This document shows, piece after piece, positions 12,666 to 24,600 of a stretch of 64,000 nucleotides of DNA. The stretch is from Felis catus (Eukaryota): contig NC_058368.1 of the NCBI RefSeq assembly GCF_018350175.1, forward strand, positions 180,980,001 through 181,044,000, read 5' to 3'. How positions within the stretch are numbered: position 1 is the first letter of the stretch; each line of letters begins with the position of its first letter. The translations under genes were made by a program, and so were the position numbers. Under the pieces are notes generated by a model. The model saw only the letters and a list, made by a program, of their open reading frames with translations. It had not been told where the DNA came from and ran no database searches.

Positions 12666-14013
12666 TGGAACCACCCCACCAGTCTCTACCACATTGTAAT
12701 CTCATGGCTCACACCATTCTAGAAACATCCCAAGCAAACAGAACAATACTCCTGTGGGCTTTGGGGGCTCCAGGAGAAGCCCAAATATGGCCCATCCAGA
12801 AATCATTAAGTCTGATATGGAGTGTCTGCTCATAGCAAACATTTTCTTAATAATATAGTTATTTTTTAAATTCCAAGGCAGAAGGTGAGATGCCACTAAA
12901 ATTGGGTGGGTTTTTGATCTTTAAAAATAAACTTTATGAACATTCTTAACGTTTCTAGTGGGTTTTCCAACTGCTTGTTTCTGTACCACATAATTATCAC
13001 ATAAAGAACTACCTACTTATGCAGAAGCAAGAAAGAGAAAACAAAACAAATGGAAAACATAGGCATGTTTGTTGTTTCATATTGAGGGTTATTTAGCTTG
13101 GATAATAAATCATTACAATGAATGTCAACACTGCACAGGGGAAGGGAGTAGTTAGTTGCATATGCTAATGGAAGACGTGCATTACTAATAAGGAAGAGAA
13201 TGAACAACTCTAGCCACATGCTAGTTATCACTGCAAATCACAAAGACAAGCCATGTTCATGCAGAGCATATGACTGCTATATGACAGTGCAGGCAAATAT
13301 TCACACGTCAACAGCAACAGCTCCCATACTCCATCCAAGACTACTGAAGAGTTTAAAAATAAAGCTTTCCTTGTCATGCACCAAGATGTCAAGTTTAAAC
13401 ACATCTGCCAGTCAAAGGGATTTTGCCAGTCTTTACCCCCATAAGTGTGGTCTAAAGGCTTCCAGTGTATCAGAGTTCTAACTGTAAAGAACTGTGATGT
13501 TATCCATCAATATCCTGTAGCTTTTCCCTTTAATATAGGTCTCAGATCCACACATCCTCTGCATCTGTATTGCCACTAGACCACCATTGTCTTAATACCG
13601 AACTAGAGAAAAATCTTCTTACTGTTTTCTTGCCTTCTTTCTCTCTAGCATAAAATAGTTTGAGGGTTTTTTTTTGTAGCTTTTTTATTGTGGTAAAATA
13701 AACAAAACAGAAAAATTTCCACTTTAACTGTTAAGTGTACAGTTTGGTGGTATTATTTAAATTCACATTTTTATGCAATCATCACCACCATCCATCTTTA
13801 AGAACTTTCTCATCCTTCCAAATGAAAACTCTGTCTCCATTAAACACTAACTCCCCATTCTGCTTCCTCCAGCTCCTGGCAACCATCATTCTACTTTCAG
13901 TGTCTATGAACTTAACTACTCTAGGTACTTTTTAAGTATAGAATCATACAATATTTATTTTTGTACCTGGCTTATTTCACTCAGTACAGTATCTTCAAAG
14001 TTCATTGTGTTCA

Positions 14014-14230
14014 GGGACACCTGAGTGGCTCAGTCAGTTAAGCATCTGACTTCAGCTCAGGTCATGATCTTGTGGTCTATGAGTTCAAGCCCTGCATCAA
14101 CTGACAACTCAAAGCCTGGAGCCTGCTTTGGATTCTGTGTTTCACTTTCTCTCTCTGCCTCTCCCCTGCTCCTGCTCTGTCTTTGTCACTCTCTCTCAAG
14201 AATAAACAAACATTAAAAATTTTTTTTTTT
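14014..14230 (+). mobile_element. Can-SINE
   Basis: gggacacctgagtggctcagtcagttaag...aataaacaaacattaaaaa; perfect TSD aaagttcattgtgttca at 13997-14013 and 14231-14247. Confidence 0.97.
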
Positions 14231-14371
14231 AAAGTTCATTGTGTTCAGGCATGTGTCAGAATTTCCATCCTTTTCAAGGCTAAATAATATTCCATCATAT
14301 GGGTATACTGCATTTTGCTTATCTGTTGAGGAACAGTTTGTTTATTTCCACCTTTTTTTTTTAAATTTTTT

Positions 14372-14598
14372 AAATTTTTTTTTTTTAATTTTTTTTTCAA
14401 CGTATTTATTTTTGAGACAGAGAGAGACAGAGCACGAATGGGGGAGGGGCAGAGAGAGAGGGAGACACAGAATCGGAAACAGGCTCCAGGCTCTGAGCCA
14501 TCAGCCCAGAGCCCGACGCGGGGCTCGAACTCACGGACCGCGAGATCGGGACCTGGCTGAAGTCGGACGCCCAACTGACTGCGCCACCCAGGCGCCCC
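14372..14598 (-). mobile_element. Young feline-type Can-SINE nested in the tail of another SINE
   Basis: CpG-intact gagcccgacgcggggctcgaactcacggaccgcgagatc...gcgccacccaggcgcccc. Confidence 0.97.
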
Positions 14599-14812
14599 TA
14601 AAATTTTTTAATGTTTATTTATTTTTGAGACAGAGAGAGACAGAGCATGAACAGGGGAGGGTCAGAGAGAGAGGGAGACACAGAATCTGAAGCAGGCTCC
14701 AGGCTCTGAGCTGTCAGCACAGAGCCCGATGCCGGGCTCAAACTCACGGACCATGAGATCATGACCTGAGCCGAAGTTGGACGCTTAATCGACTGAGCCA
14801 GCCAGGCACCCC
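14599..14812 (-). mobile_element. Can-SINE (host of the nested copy)
   Basis: Full body; TSD tgtttatttccacctttt flanks the two-SINE composite (~14339 and ~14815). Confidence 0.96.
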
Positions 14813-15059
14813 AATGTTTATTTCCACCTTTTGACTATTGTGTCCAATGATGCTGAAACATAGGTGTCCAAATATCTGTCCGAGTGCCTACTTTCCATTC
14901 TTTTGAGAATATACTCAGAAGTGCAATCAATGGATCATATGGTCATTCTATGTTTAATTTTTTTTTGTGGAACCACTGCACCGTATTCTACAGTATTTTC
15001 CATTCCCCTAAATAATCACAAAGTTTCCCATTTCTCTACAACCTTTCCACACTAATTTT

Positions 15060-15830
15060 TTTAAACATCATTTTTAAAGATGTAAACTGAACCAAAAATA
15101 TCTCCCTTCCATGGCTTCTAACTGCACTTAGGATAGAATAATAAATCCGTTACCAGGGCTGTAAGGCTCGACATGATGTGTTTTCTGCAAAAGCTTCTTT
15201 ACTTCCACTCAACCCACTCTGCCTCCTTGTTTTGTTCTAGACATGCTCATGTACACTTAATTTTTCAAACATGTCAGACTTTTCCCCAGCTTAGGATCTT
15301 TGCACATACTAATTCCTCCATATTTTTTTAAGTTCATTTTTGAGAGAGGGAGAGCACACATGCATGGGAGTGTGGAGGGACAGAGAGAGAATCCCAAGCA
15401 TACCACATGCAGGGCTCGATCTCATGACTGTGAGATCATGACCTGAGCTGAAACCAAGACTTGGATGCTTAACTGACTGAGCGACCCAGGTGCTCCAAAT
15501 GATTCCTTCATCTTGAAAGCTCTTCTCCCTCTATTTCCAAGACTGGCTTGGCCTCATCCTTTATGTCTCAGCTTAACTGCCATCTCCCCATCAATGGAAC
15601 TAGTGACTTCCCTCTCCATAATTCCCTTTTTTCTCTTCTTGTTCTTTCCCCATGAAGCAATGTGCAATTATGGTCTTTTTCTTGTATATTTTATTATTCG
15701 TCTCCATACCTAGGTAGGGATCCTCTGGGATAAGAGCCCAGATCTTGTTGCTCACTGTTACATCCCCAGAGTTGAGCAAAGTTCCTGGCACACAGTAGGT
15801 ACTTAGTAAATGTCAATTACATTTATGAGT
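15060..15830 (+). mobile_element. L2 fragment interrupted by a Can-SINE
   Basis: ccatggcttctaactgcacttaggataga...ggatctttgcacatact...atcttgttgctcactgttacatccccag...cctggcacacagtaggtacttagtaaatg. Confidence 0.75.
15323..15497 (-). mobile_element. Can-SINE
   Basis: ttttgagagagggagagc...gaatcccaagca...gagatcatgacctgagctgaaaccaaga...gacccaggtgctcc. Confidence 0.92.
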
Positions 15831-17214
15831 AAATTACAGAAAAATACAGGCCCAGAAACAGAATTCAGTAGCAGGCCACGATGATAACCTCACACAGTTC
15901 TGGGAAAAGGTAGGAAGAAACATATCCCATGCAGATATTCATCAGCCCTGGCAACAGGCACTGTGTGTCTTTGGCCTGAAAACCCACACATCTCAATAAC
16001 AATGGGATCAATTTTGACATTAACACGAATATTACTAAAGCCCAAGAGATACATTTAAATTCACCGAGCTCTGCAGCAGATAATATAAAAGCTCTAACTT
16101 GCTCTCTAGAAACAAGAAACTTTCATTTATGGTTTCCCAGCTCTTGCTAATCCTGCCCATTAGGCCAAAATATTGCATTTTACACAGGATGCAAGATCAT
16201 ACGAGAGACTGATGTAATACTCAGGCACAAAACCAGCTGGCAGATTTACCACTGAAATCCCCTCTATTCAGAAGGCACAAATCAGCCTGTGATGCCTTTC
16301 TTGACAGATTCCTGTGTGTTCCTCATTAGGGATAGATGAAAGAAGACAACCCTGCATTTGGGGGCTCAACTCCACCTCCGTGCATTTGCATACTCAGTCA
16401 TTTGTAAACGGAGAGAAACACAGCCCCACATGTGCCCAGAGGTGACTGTTTATTCAGAAAGGTGACTTCTGACATTGACAATAATGTCAGTTTTCCATCT
16501 GCATATTTTAAGGTAATGAATCCCTCCTTTAAGTGCTTTCGTTCAGCATCTTGGTTTCCTTCTTTCGATAAGCACAGTGACACCCAGACCTCTAGGTCTC
16601 AATCTGAATAACTTTCTGGGAAAAGCGAAAAATGCAATAAGGCTTCTTACCAGCCCAAGGACAGGCACCCAGGGTTGCTAAAAAGTGAGCACTGACACTG
16701 AAGTCCTTTCATATTCCTTAGCCTGCTATACTTGACCAGCTTAGGGCTAAAAGGCTCACCCCAGGCTGTGGATGAATCCTTCTCTAAAATGTGGTTTATC
16801 CCTGGAGATGTCTCTGGAACATTTGCTCAGGTAGCTGAGTGGTTCATCAGCATAGCAATTTGCCCAGTCAGCTCCATCCATCAGAGCGGAGCAGTGTGGC
16901 TGGTGGATGGGGAGACTCGCGGCAGAGCTCCCCATGGACAGGTGGAGAAGGCACATTCATCCAGAGATCATAAATATGCATCTTGGCCCTCATCTTCTCT
17001 GCATGAGGGTGATAGAATTAAGAAGCAAAGAGGCAATCCTCCTGGCCCATAGTCTCCAGGTGCCCCTGTTCCACCTAAGAAAGTGCCCTCTTTAGATCTA
17101 AAGAGGCAGGCAGATTTGCCACATGTGACTTGGTGAGCTCACTGAAACACAAAGGGAAGAGAGTGCACTCTTTCCAGCTTTCAGATCACAAAGCTTACAA
17201 ATGCCATCCAACAG

Positions 17215-17490
17215 AGGCTTACTTACTTCTTGAGAAGCTACTACTTGCCAGGTGGAATCCGACAACGAGTAAGACAGCCTCTTGCTCCTTGGAGAACTGA
17301 CAATCTAGACAATTTAAATTAAATTGCTAAATTAATTTAAATAGGATATAAGAAGCACTATGATGGAAAAAACAGATGGTGCCGTGAGAGCAGGGAAGAG
17401 GAACCTTACTTAACTGTGGGTGGCACGGGGGCGGGGGTCACTGAAAATCTCCCAGGAGGAGTGAAATTTGGACAGGGACAGAAGAAACAG
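17215..17490 (-). mobile_element. L2 fragment
   Basis: ctactacttgccagg...gagtaagacagcctcttgctccttggagaactgacaatctag...gtgccgtgagagca. Confidence 0.6.
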
Positions 17491-18190
17491 AGAGCAGCTT
17501 GCGGGATAAAATCAGGCTATAAGAAGTGGAAGGAAAACTCAGCAGTCCTTCAATTTTAACCACAACCGTATGTATTTTTTGCTTTTCTCTGAAGCAGGAA
17601 TGTTAAGTTGAGAATTTTCCAGCATCTCCCTGTTGGCCAGAATCTATCAAAAGATACCTACTCTATGAAGGCAAAATAAAGTGACACAGCATAGCCCCAT
17701 CAGCAAGAGTGGCTTGGAAATTGTGACTTTCACTAATGAAGACACCTCTCCCCAAAGAAAGCCCTGATTAACACTATGTCGTTTGTTGGTTATTCATTAG
17801 CTTCTGTGCCAGACAAAGATGAGAGTTAAAATGAAACAAGAGAAAGAAAGAAAAGGGGGGAGGGAAGCAGTAAATGAATGTCTGTCAAGCTCAACATGTT
17901 TGGAGAGTTGACAAAGGCTTAATTAAAGTAAACAGACAATTTACATTGAGAAGATCATCCTACATGGAAGAAAAATTCTAGGTATTAAATGAAAAGTTAC
18001 AAGTACCCACTGTCATTTATCACTTACTCAAAGCATGGGTGCTAACAGAGTTAGCAAGCTCCACCCCCCTCATTTGGTGTTAGCATGACTTTGGTCATTG
18101 AAACATACTAGCAATTGAAGATCATGTGCTTGTGCCCATGCAAGACATCTTCTTTCTTTTTTCTTTTCTTTCCCTCCCCATTCCACCAGT

Positions 18191-18229
18191 AACAACAACA
18201 ACATCATTATCATCATCATCATCATCATC
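18191..18229. repeat. (AAC)n(ATC)n trinucleotide repeat
   Basis: aacaacaacaacatcattatcatcatcatcatcatcatc. Confidence 0.9.
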
Positions 18230-20319
18230 CCAGCCCCATTCTGCATGCAGTGCCTCACTCTCTCAGGTGGTTGCTATGCCCAGAGGCACTTGACAAGTGC
18301 CAATCACTTGGTAGCTTGAAGCTTCAATTTTAAACTCTCAGCATAAAGAATATAATGGGAAGAACTAAATGACAGACTTGGGAACTAAGAAAGCTTGCTG
18401 GTAAGAGTTATGCCTCCTATGGTCTGAGTAGGTAAGAAACAAAAGAACCTAACAGGATGGAACACGAACCAGTCTATCTCAAGTACTTTTTAAAAGTCTG
18501 TAAAGCATTCACTTTCTTGGACCATATTTTTGTCTAAGTGGTGAGCTCTGTAGGGGTTGCCTTCATTGAGAGGGCTGGAATACACACTTTTGCAATGTTG
18601 AGCACCAATATTTAATGATGTGTGCCGTAGGGGCCTCAGTCCTGGCTTCTGGAAATGCTCTGCAAGGAGAAGGCAGGCCAAAGAGAAAAGTGTAAATGTG
18701 GAACTTATAAACTAGATAATCAGTGATAATTGAAAAATAAATAAAGGGGAAAGAAAAAAAAATCAACACTTCAGTTGGATTTAGGTACAGTATTTCTTGC
18801 GTGGCAGTCATTCTTCAGACCGAAAGACAGCAGCTTTTGGAAGGTAAGAGGTAGAGTCCTTAGTGTAATTCTTTTGGTAGCAATGGTAGGGAGAATTCTG
18901 ATCCTTTGCAACCTCTGTGTTCACTTAATTGAAGCATCTTTAGTTGGAGGTTTTTAAAACTGGGTCAAATAAAGGGGAACAGCACCCTAAACGTTGATGC
19001 TACTTTATAACAGATTGAATATGCCGTGGCAGTAAATCTGTAAAAACCTTTGCCTAAGCACAGCAGTGAACCAGCAAGCAAAAGCCTTCCGATAAACAGA
19101 GGTCAATAACAGGAGAACATCTAAAATTGGCTTTTCATCCTAACTTCACCATTGCATGGTGACAATTGGAACTCTGCATTTTGAGGCATCCACTTAAGTT
19201 GGAAAGGGTCTCACAGAGGAAGAATAAACGGAAGCAGAAAAGAGGATCGGGAGGCCAGTAACTCTCTGGAAAAATGATTGGCCATTGTAGACATTACACA
19301 TGCTTTTTCATCTTTCATGTAGTCTCATGTATCTGCTCAAGAAGCTCCAATGCTTTATGCAGATGAAAAAAACAGAAACAAAAGCAAAACCAGATGCCTA
19401 GATGGAGCTAAAGTTCTCCTATTTTACTCCCACCTGAGAGTAAAATAAGGGTGTCTGGGGATGTGGCAAGAGGGGATTTTTTTTTTCTCCTGAAGAGCTG
19501 GTCAGATGGTTCACTCATTTGTAGAATATCTTAGATCTGTGTATGCATGCATGCACATGTGTGTGTGAGTATGAGACAGAGACTGAAAATTAGTCACTTT
19601 GGTTCTCTTCCAGAAAGCCATCTGAGAATCAAGAACAGCATGCTTCTCAAGCGAGCCCCTAGTTAGGCAGTACTTCTGTATCTGCGGGATTCTTTCCGGC
19701 AGAGGAACTGCTTCCGGAAACACTCCTAACCCACTGGGAGAAACATATGGGTGAGTCGAAGTTGATTAAACTTTTCCAATCAGTGAAAGTGCTGGACATG
19801 GCCTTTCTGACACTGTCTCTGTGTTTCTGTCTCTGGCCCAAGGGCTATAAGGTATTTGTAGGATGCCTCTATGGTGGGAGGAGGATTGGCAAGGCCATGA
19901 GCTCTGAATAACTGTCGGGAAGCTCAGGAAGCCAAGTAGGGAAAGTCTAGTTTCCTTAGAGGGCCTTAGGCTGGATGCTGATTCTTTGCATTAGGCCACA
20001 TAGGTCCTCTGCTGTCTGGAGAGCAATTTTTGTAGTTTCATGCACCACTCGGTGATTTTAATCCTGTGTTTTCAATTTGTTAAGAATCTAAAGCTAAAAT
20101 ATTTATCAATTATAAAGACAAAGTTTTCTTTTGCATCAATACTGTTATTTTAATAGAACACATTCTTTTTCCACTGAGTTTTCCTAAGAGCAGGCTATAT
20201 ACCTTAAGGTGGAGAAACACAACACTGGGCCTTTTTCTGGAGTTAAGAAATTTCTTGCAGAAACTTAGATAACAAAATTTCTTTAGGACACTTTTTTTTT
20301 TATTCATCATACAGTATAT

Positions 20320-20640
20320 TGGCAGAGAGCCTGCCATGTACCAGGCATCATTCTGGGTCTATGGGATAGATCAGTGAACAAACAGACCAAGCTTCCTGCC
20401 CTGGTGGAATTTATGTGTTAGCAGGACAAAGAAAAAAGACATAATAAAGCATTACACAGCATGTTAGAAACTCCTAAGTGCCATGAAATAAAAAAAAGTA
20501 AAATAAAAATCAACAGCATAAGGGGGTTTGAGAGTGAGGGGGTGAGTGGGAGAAAGGGCGATTTTTACTTTTCAACAGCATGTTCAGGATAGGTCTCATT
20601 GAGAAAGTACATTTTCAAAATGACTCAAAAGAGGTAAAAT
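20320..20640 (-). mobile_element. L2 fragment
   Basis: gagagcctgccatgtaccaggcatcattctggg...cagtgaacaaacagaccaagcttcctgccctggtgga...ggtctcattgagaaag. Confidence 0.75.
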
Positions 20641-21556
20641 GGAATGTAGAAGGGAAGATGCATTCACTGACTATCTTGGTCATGCATAGTTCTGGATATA
20701 TGTGCCACAGAGGCATTCAATGGCCACTTCTGGGTGGAGATGATGTGGGAATTGCAGTGTGGATAGAGCAGCAAGAAGCCAGCTGTAGGTCATTCCTTTA
20801 TCTACAAGTGATCCCGAGAATGGCTACCTACAAAGAAATATATTGTTGGTTCTGGGGGCAATTAGCTTCTGGGCCAGAAATCAAAATTATAATCCAAGTG
20901 AAAGAGAAAACAGAGAGAAAGCAAACAAGTTGGAGAAGCCTGGGCTCCCTGAAACTGGATGTTAGCACCAAGGTCTAACTCACAAAGACCCTATAGCACC
21001 GTGGACATCCTTCTATGTTCCTGTGGCCTCTAACAGTGTATTAAATTCTTTCCTTGTCTGACATAAAGTAATAACAGAGTGTTGTCACTGTCCTGAGCAA
21101 CAGAAGATGAGATGACTTTATTTCTTGTTCTTTCGGAGGCATGTCGCAGTGTCATATTTAAAAATAGAAGAAAAGCACTGGACCTAGGTAAGAAAAGCCA
21201 CAATTTGCCAAACCCTTGGGGAGACAAGGAGTAAATCCACTGAGGATAAAATGTACCACACGGAGTCTGAATCGGCAAAGAACTGTGTGTCACTTTCTAC
21301 TTGAACCGGTAGTTTAGGACAATCCAGCTACCCTCTATAAACACCCATGGCTACTCTCCAGGATAATGATGCTCAAGTATAACTGATTTCACATTCCTGA
21401 ATTTTCATAAAAGATTCAAAAGGAATAATAAGTATATGAAAAACATTAAAAAAATAGGGGCACAATGTTTTATTATTTTATACTCTGAAGCAAAAGAAAT
21501 CCTGTCTCTAGGTGGGGGTTCATCAGTACCTTTGGAAACTAGTCCCCAAGTTATTC

Positions 21557-21760
21557 TTTTTTTTTTTTTTGGGACAGAGAGAGACAGAGCATGAAATGGG
21601 GGAGGGCCAGAGAGAGAGGGAGACACAGAATCGGAAACAGGCTCCAGGCTCCGAGCCATCAGCCCAGAGCCCGACGCGGGGCTCGAACTCACGGACCGCG
21701 AGATCGTGACCTGGCTGAAGTCGGACGCTCAACCGACTGCGCCACCCAGGCGCCCCCCCC
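21557..21760 (-). mobile_element. Very young feline-type Can-SINE
   Basis: CpG-intact body, pure poly(A) tail, perfect 15-bp TSD ccccaagttattctt (21544-21558 and 21760-21774). Confidence 0.98.
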
Positions 21761-22179
21761 CCCAAGTTATTCTTGGTGCAGGAACATCCAAGCACATAGC
21801 TGTAACATCAAGCAACACATTCCATGGTCTCCTCCCAGGTCAGCCATCCAGGAACTGGACACCCACCCTGCCGATTCACGTCCCTCCCAGGCAAAACAAA
21901 AGCTTCCCTGCACATCCAGGCTTGTCCATCACAGCGCTGTCTGAATTCCTGTTCTATCTGTCCTTACATCTCCGTGACTCACCTCCCCGCCCCCCAAAAT
22001 CTGCCCTTCCCACTTCCTCATCACTCTTCAGCTCTTGGGCGCCAATGACTCTATATCCTCAGGAAATTTTATGACACTGTGAAAGGCTCAGGACAATCTT
22101 CAATTTTTTTCCATTTGCAGAATCAGAGTGCTAGCAAGTTGTTTCCATGTATAGAATGTGAGTCCTAACAAATAGCAAA

Positions 22180-22420
22180 TGCTAATAAAAGCTAACATTT
22201 ATGGAACACTTAGCATGTGCTGGGCACTTAGAAATATTTACTACTGAACGTTATGTGTGCTAAGTTCTCTGAATGCACTGGTATCTTTTTATCTTCCCCA
22301 TAGCCTTTTAGTCATGAAAGAGAATACTGAGATACAGAGGTTAAGCAACAGTAAGTGGCAGAACTGGGATTTGAACCCAAGACTTTGAACCCATACTTTT
22401 AAGTACTCCATCCTATTGCT
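22180..22420 (-). mobile_element. MIR SINE
   Basis: taataaaagctaacatttatggaacacttagcatgtgc...atactgagatacagaggttaagcaac..agtaagtggcagaactgggatttgaacccaa. Confidence 0.8.
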
Positions 22421-22619
22421 ACTCCCTATGGAAAGCATTGTATTTATAAAAGACGTATTCATGCCAAGTAGTAAGCTCTCCAGAGTAAAAACCTTCTGGT
22501 AGAAAGACTAAGAGTAGGGCTATGGCTATGTAGAACCAGCTGGGCTATGCTTTTAGCTGGAGTTGTTACTGTGCCAGTCAAGGTCACAGCACAGAGCAGA
22601 CAGCATCTAAACTGCATAA

Positions 22620-23048
22620 TGTGAAGAGAGTTTATGAAGGGCACCCTCTAAAAAGTTGTGGTCAGGGTTTGGGAAACCAGAAGAGATGGTGCAGTGCCCA
22701 AGGGCTAGCAAAACAGAGAAGTCATTGCCATTGGCAGTCCTGCAGGGGCAAGGAGAGGGAGGGATCGGAGGAGCCCAGAAAGAGAAAATGGTCTGAAGAA
22801 GGCCACCTGAGAGGATGTGTGTCTCCGGGACAGGAAAATCCTGGTGGCAAGGCCAGGAGGAAGCTGGTGATGGGTGCCCCTGCCTCCTTTTCCTCTGCCC
22901 TCTGATCTCCTTCCATCGAGTAAGCCAGTTGGCAGCTAAGGAACAAGGGTGTCCATTGCTGCAGCCCACATCAGGTCAGTTTTAAGGACAGGGAAAAGGT
23001 CTTGAAGGGTTCAGAGCAATAAGAAGGACACATAGGAAATATGTAACA
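22620..23048 (-). mobile_element. ERVL LTR (LTR41/LTR33-like) relic
   Basis: gtggtcagggtttgggaaaccagaagagatggtgcagtgcccaagggctagca...ggggcaaggagagggag...gccctctgatctcct...tgcagcccacatcaggtcag. Confidence 0.6.
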
Positions 23049-23064
23049 TGCCATTATCATGATA

Positions 23065-23180
23065 AACTGGGACAATTCTCAACCTCCCTGGGACCCAATT
23101 TCTCATCATTATAATGAGACAATTGGACCACATGTAATTTACACTGCCTTCCAGCTCTGACATTTCAAGGTTTTATGAAT
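23065..23180 (+). mobile_element. MIR (MIR3/MIRc-like) fragment
   Basis: aacctccctgggacccaatttctcatcattataatgaga...ccttccagctctgacattt. Confidence 0.65.
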
Positions 23181-24187
23181 CTACCCTCCACCTATTTCTC
23201 AAGAGATTTTCAAAATAACTTCAAAAAGTAAGACTAAAACCGAGCCCCCACAATGCAAACTCGAGGGATACTCTGCATTATTTCTACATATGTGTGTCAA
23301 TGAAAGCACGAGTGGCTGAGGTTGGGAGGGAATTTGTTCCAGAAAGTAACCAGGACATTGCCTAGCAGTCTAAAAGAAGGCTTGAGAATATGAAAATTGT
23401 CTTGGCAAAGGAATTAATGTAACACAAAATCCCTTGCTCTCTTTCTGAAGCAGAAAGAGGGGTACATAATAAAGTACTGCCTAGTACACTAGGTGAATTT
23501 TAAAAGAGATGCCTCACATGCTTTTGTGGGATTCTGTATCACCAAAGTTGAAGCCCCATGCCTGTGTTCTCTCAAAGAACCAATGGACATATGCGGTTGG
23601 GCACTGAATGTGGATGTTTGGAGGTAAGGCCTTGGTTGGGGAAAAGGAGGGGTGGAACTGGGAAGAGAAGGTTGTATACTACTGAATCATATGAGGCTTA
23701 TCTAAGTAGTCTTTGCAATTTGCTCCTAGGTCCTTGATGAGCTGTTTTTTGTTCACAAGGTTTCTGGCCAATTCTTGAGGTTGTTTGAAGAGACAGACAT
23801 CATAGACTCTCGATGAGGGCATCTGCCCTTCTGGGGACACACTTGCTTATTCTCAAAGGCTGAAGTAACTGATGTATGATAATTTCAAGGATATTCAAAT
23901 TTCCCCCCTGGTTCCCCCTATCTCTCCCACTAAAATAAATGTAAACAAAATTGCACCATAATAGAATCATTCCTTTGTTTTGTCTAGACTCATGAAAGTT
24001 AATATTAACCCTCTATTAGGTTTCTGTTGATTTTCATTTTGAATAAGAAGGAAACTTGCCTCACCTCAAGACCCTTAAACCTAGGGTGCCAAGTATGTAT
24101 AGGGGTGCATGTGTAGTAGAAAGGCAAGGAATGCTCACTTTGAACTTGACCTATTTCACGACTACTCTTATAGTGGCCTGAAGAGCC

Positions 24188-24249
24188 AAAAAAAAAAAAA
24201 AAAAAAAAAAGAAAAAAGAAAAAGAAAGAAAAAGAAAAAGAAAAAAAAA
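24188..24249. repeat. Poly(A)/(AAAAAG)n tract
   Basis: Read directly. Confidence 0.9.
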
Positions 24250-24419
24250 TGAACATACGCACATATATAAAAAACAGTATGCAAGTAGGAACCTATTTTT
24301 GTGTGGTTGTGACAATAATATTTATCTTCTGTTACCAAAGCACCTTCAACCCAATAGATGATATAATCTCAGTCTAACCAGTACCACCTATAGGTCATAT
24401 GCACTAGAAAACGAAAGCT

Positions 24420-24600
24420 TGGGACCTGGAGTGGGTTGAAATAGCAACAAGTTCACTTACTAGTTGATGACCTTGGATGAGTCCTTTGCTATTAGTTTCC
24501 TCACTTAAAAAAATGGACCAAATGAAAATATTAACACTGATTATGCAGGCTTGATGTGATAAAATGAGATCAATTCAAATACTTATGACAATATAAGTAA
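24420..24600 (+). mobile_element. MIR fragment
   Basis: cacttactagttgatgaccttggatgagtc...agtttcctcacttaaaaaaatgg. Confidence 0.6.

Larger units (their letters stand above)
13678..15055 (-). mobile_element. L1MB-type LINE-1 3' end, interrupted by three Can-SINEs
   Basis: ttttttattgtggtaaaata...catcaccaccatccat...ccattaaacactaactccccatt...ctggcaaccatcattctacttt...ggcttatttcactcag...atactcagaagtgcaatcaatggatcatatggt. Confidence 0.9.

Noticed and set aside
14025..14690. ORFs up to 149 aa with similar peptides recurring at 21405-22074, 43017, 47264 and 62837
   Set aside because: Can-SINE translations; the recurrence reflects the repeat, not a gene family.
17312..17342. AT-only inverted repeat atttaaattaa/ttaatttaaat
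   Set aside because: Low complexity and inside an L2 relic; expected by chance.
23578..23630. Possible 46-nt exon (ctctcaaag...ggag/gtaagg); similar AG...GTAAG pairs near 18820-18846 and 30411-30426
   Set aside because: Such splice-like pairs are common by chance; no recognisable peptide or partner exons.
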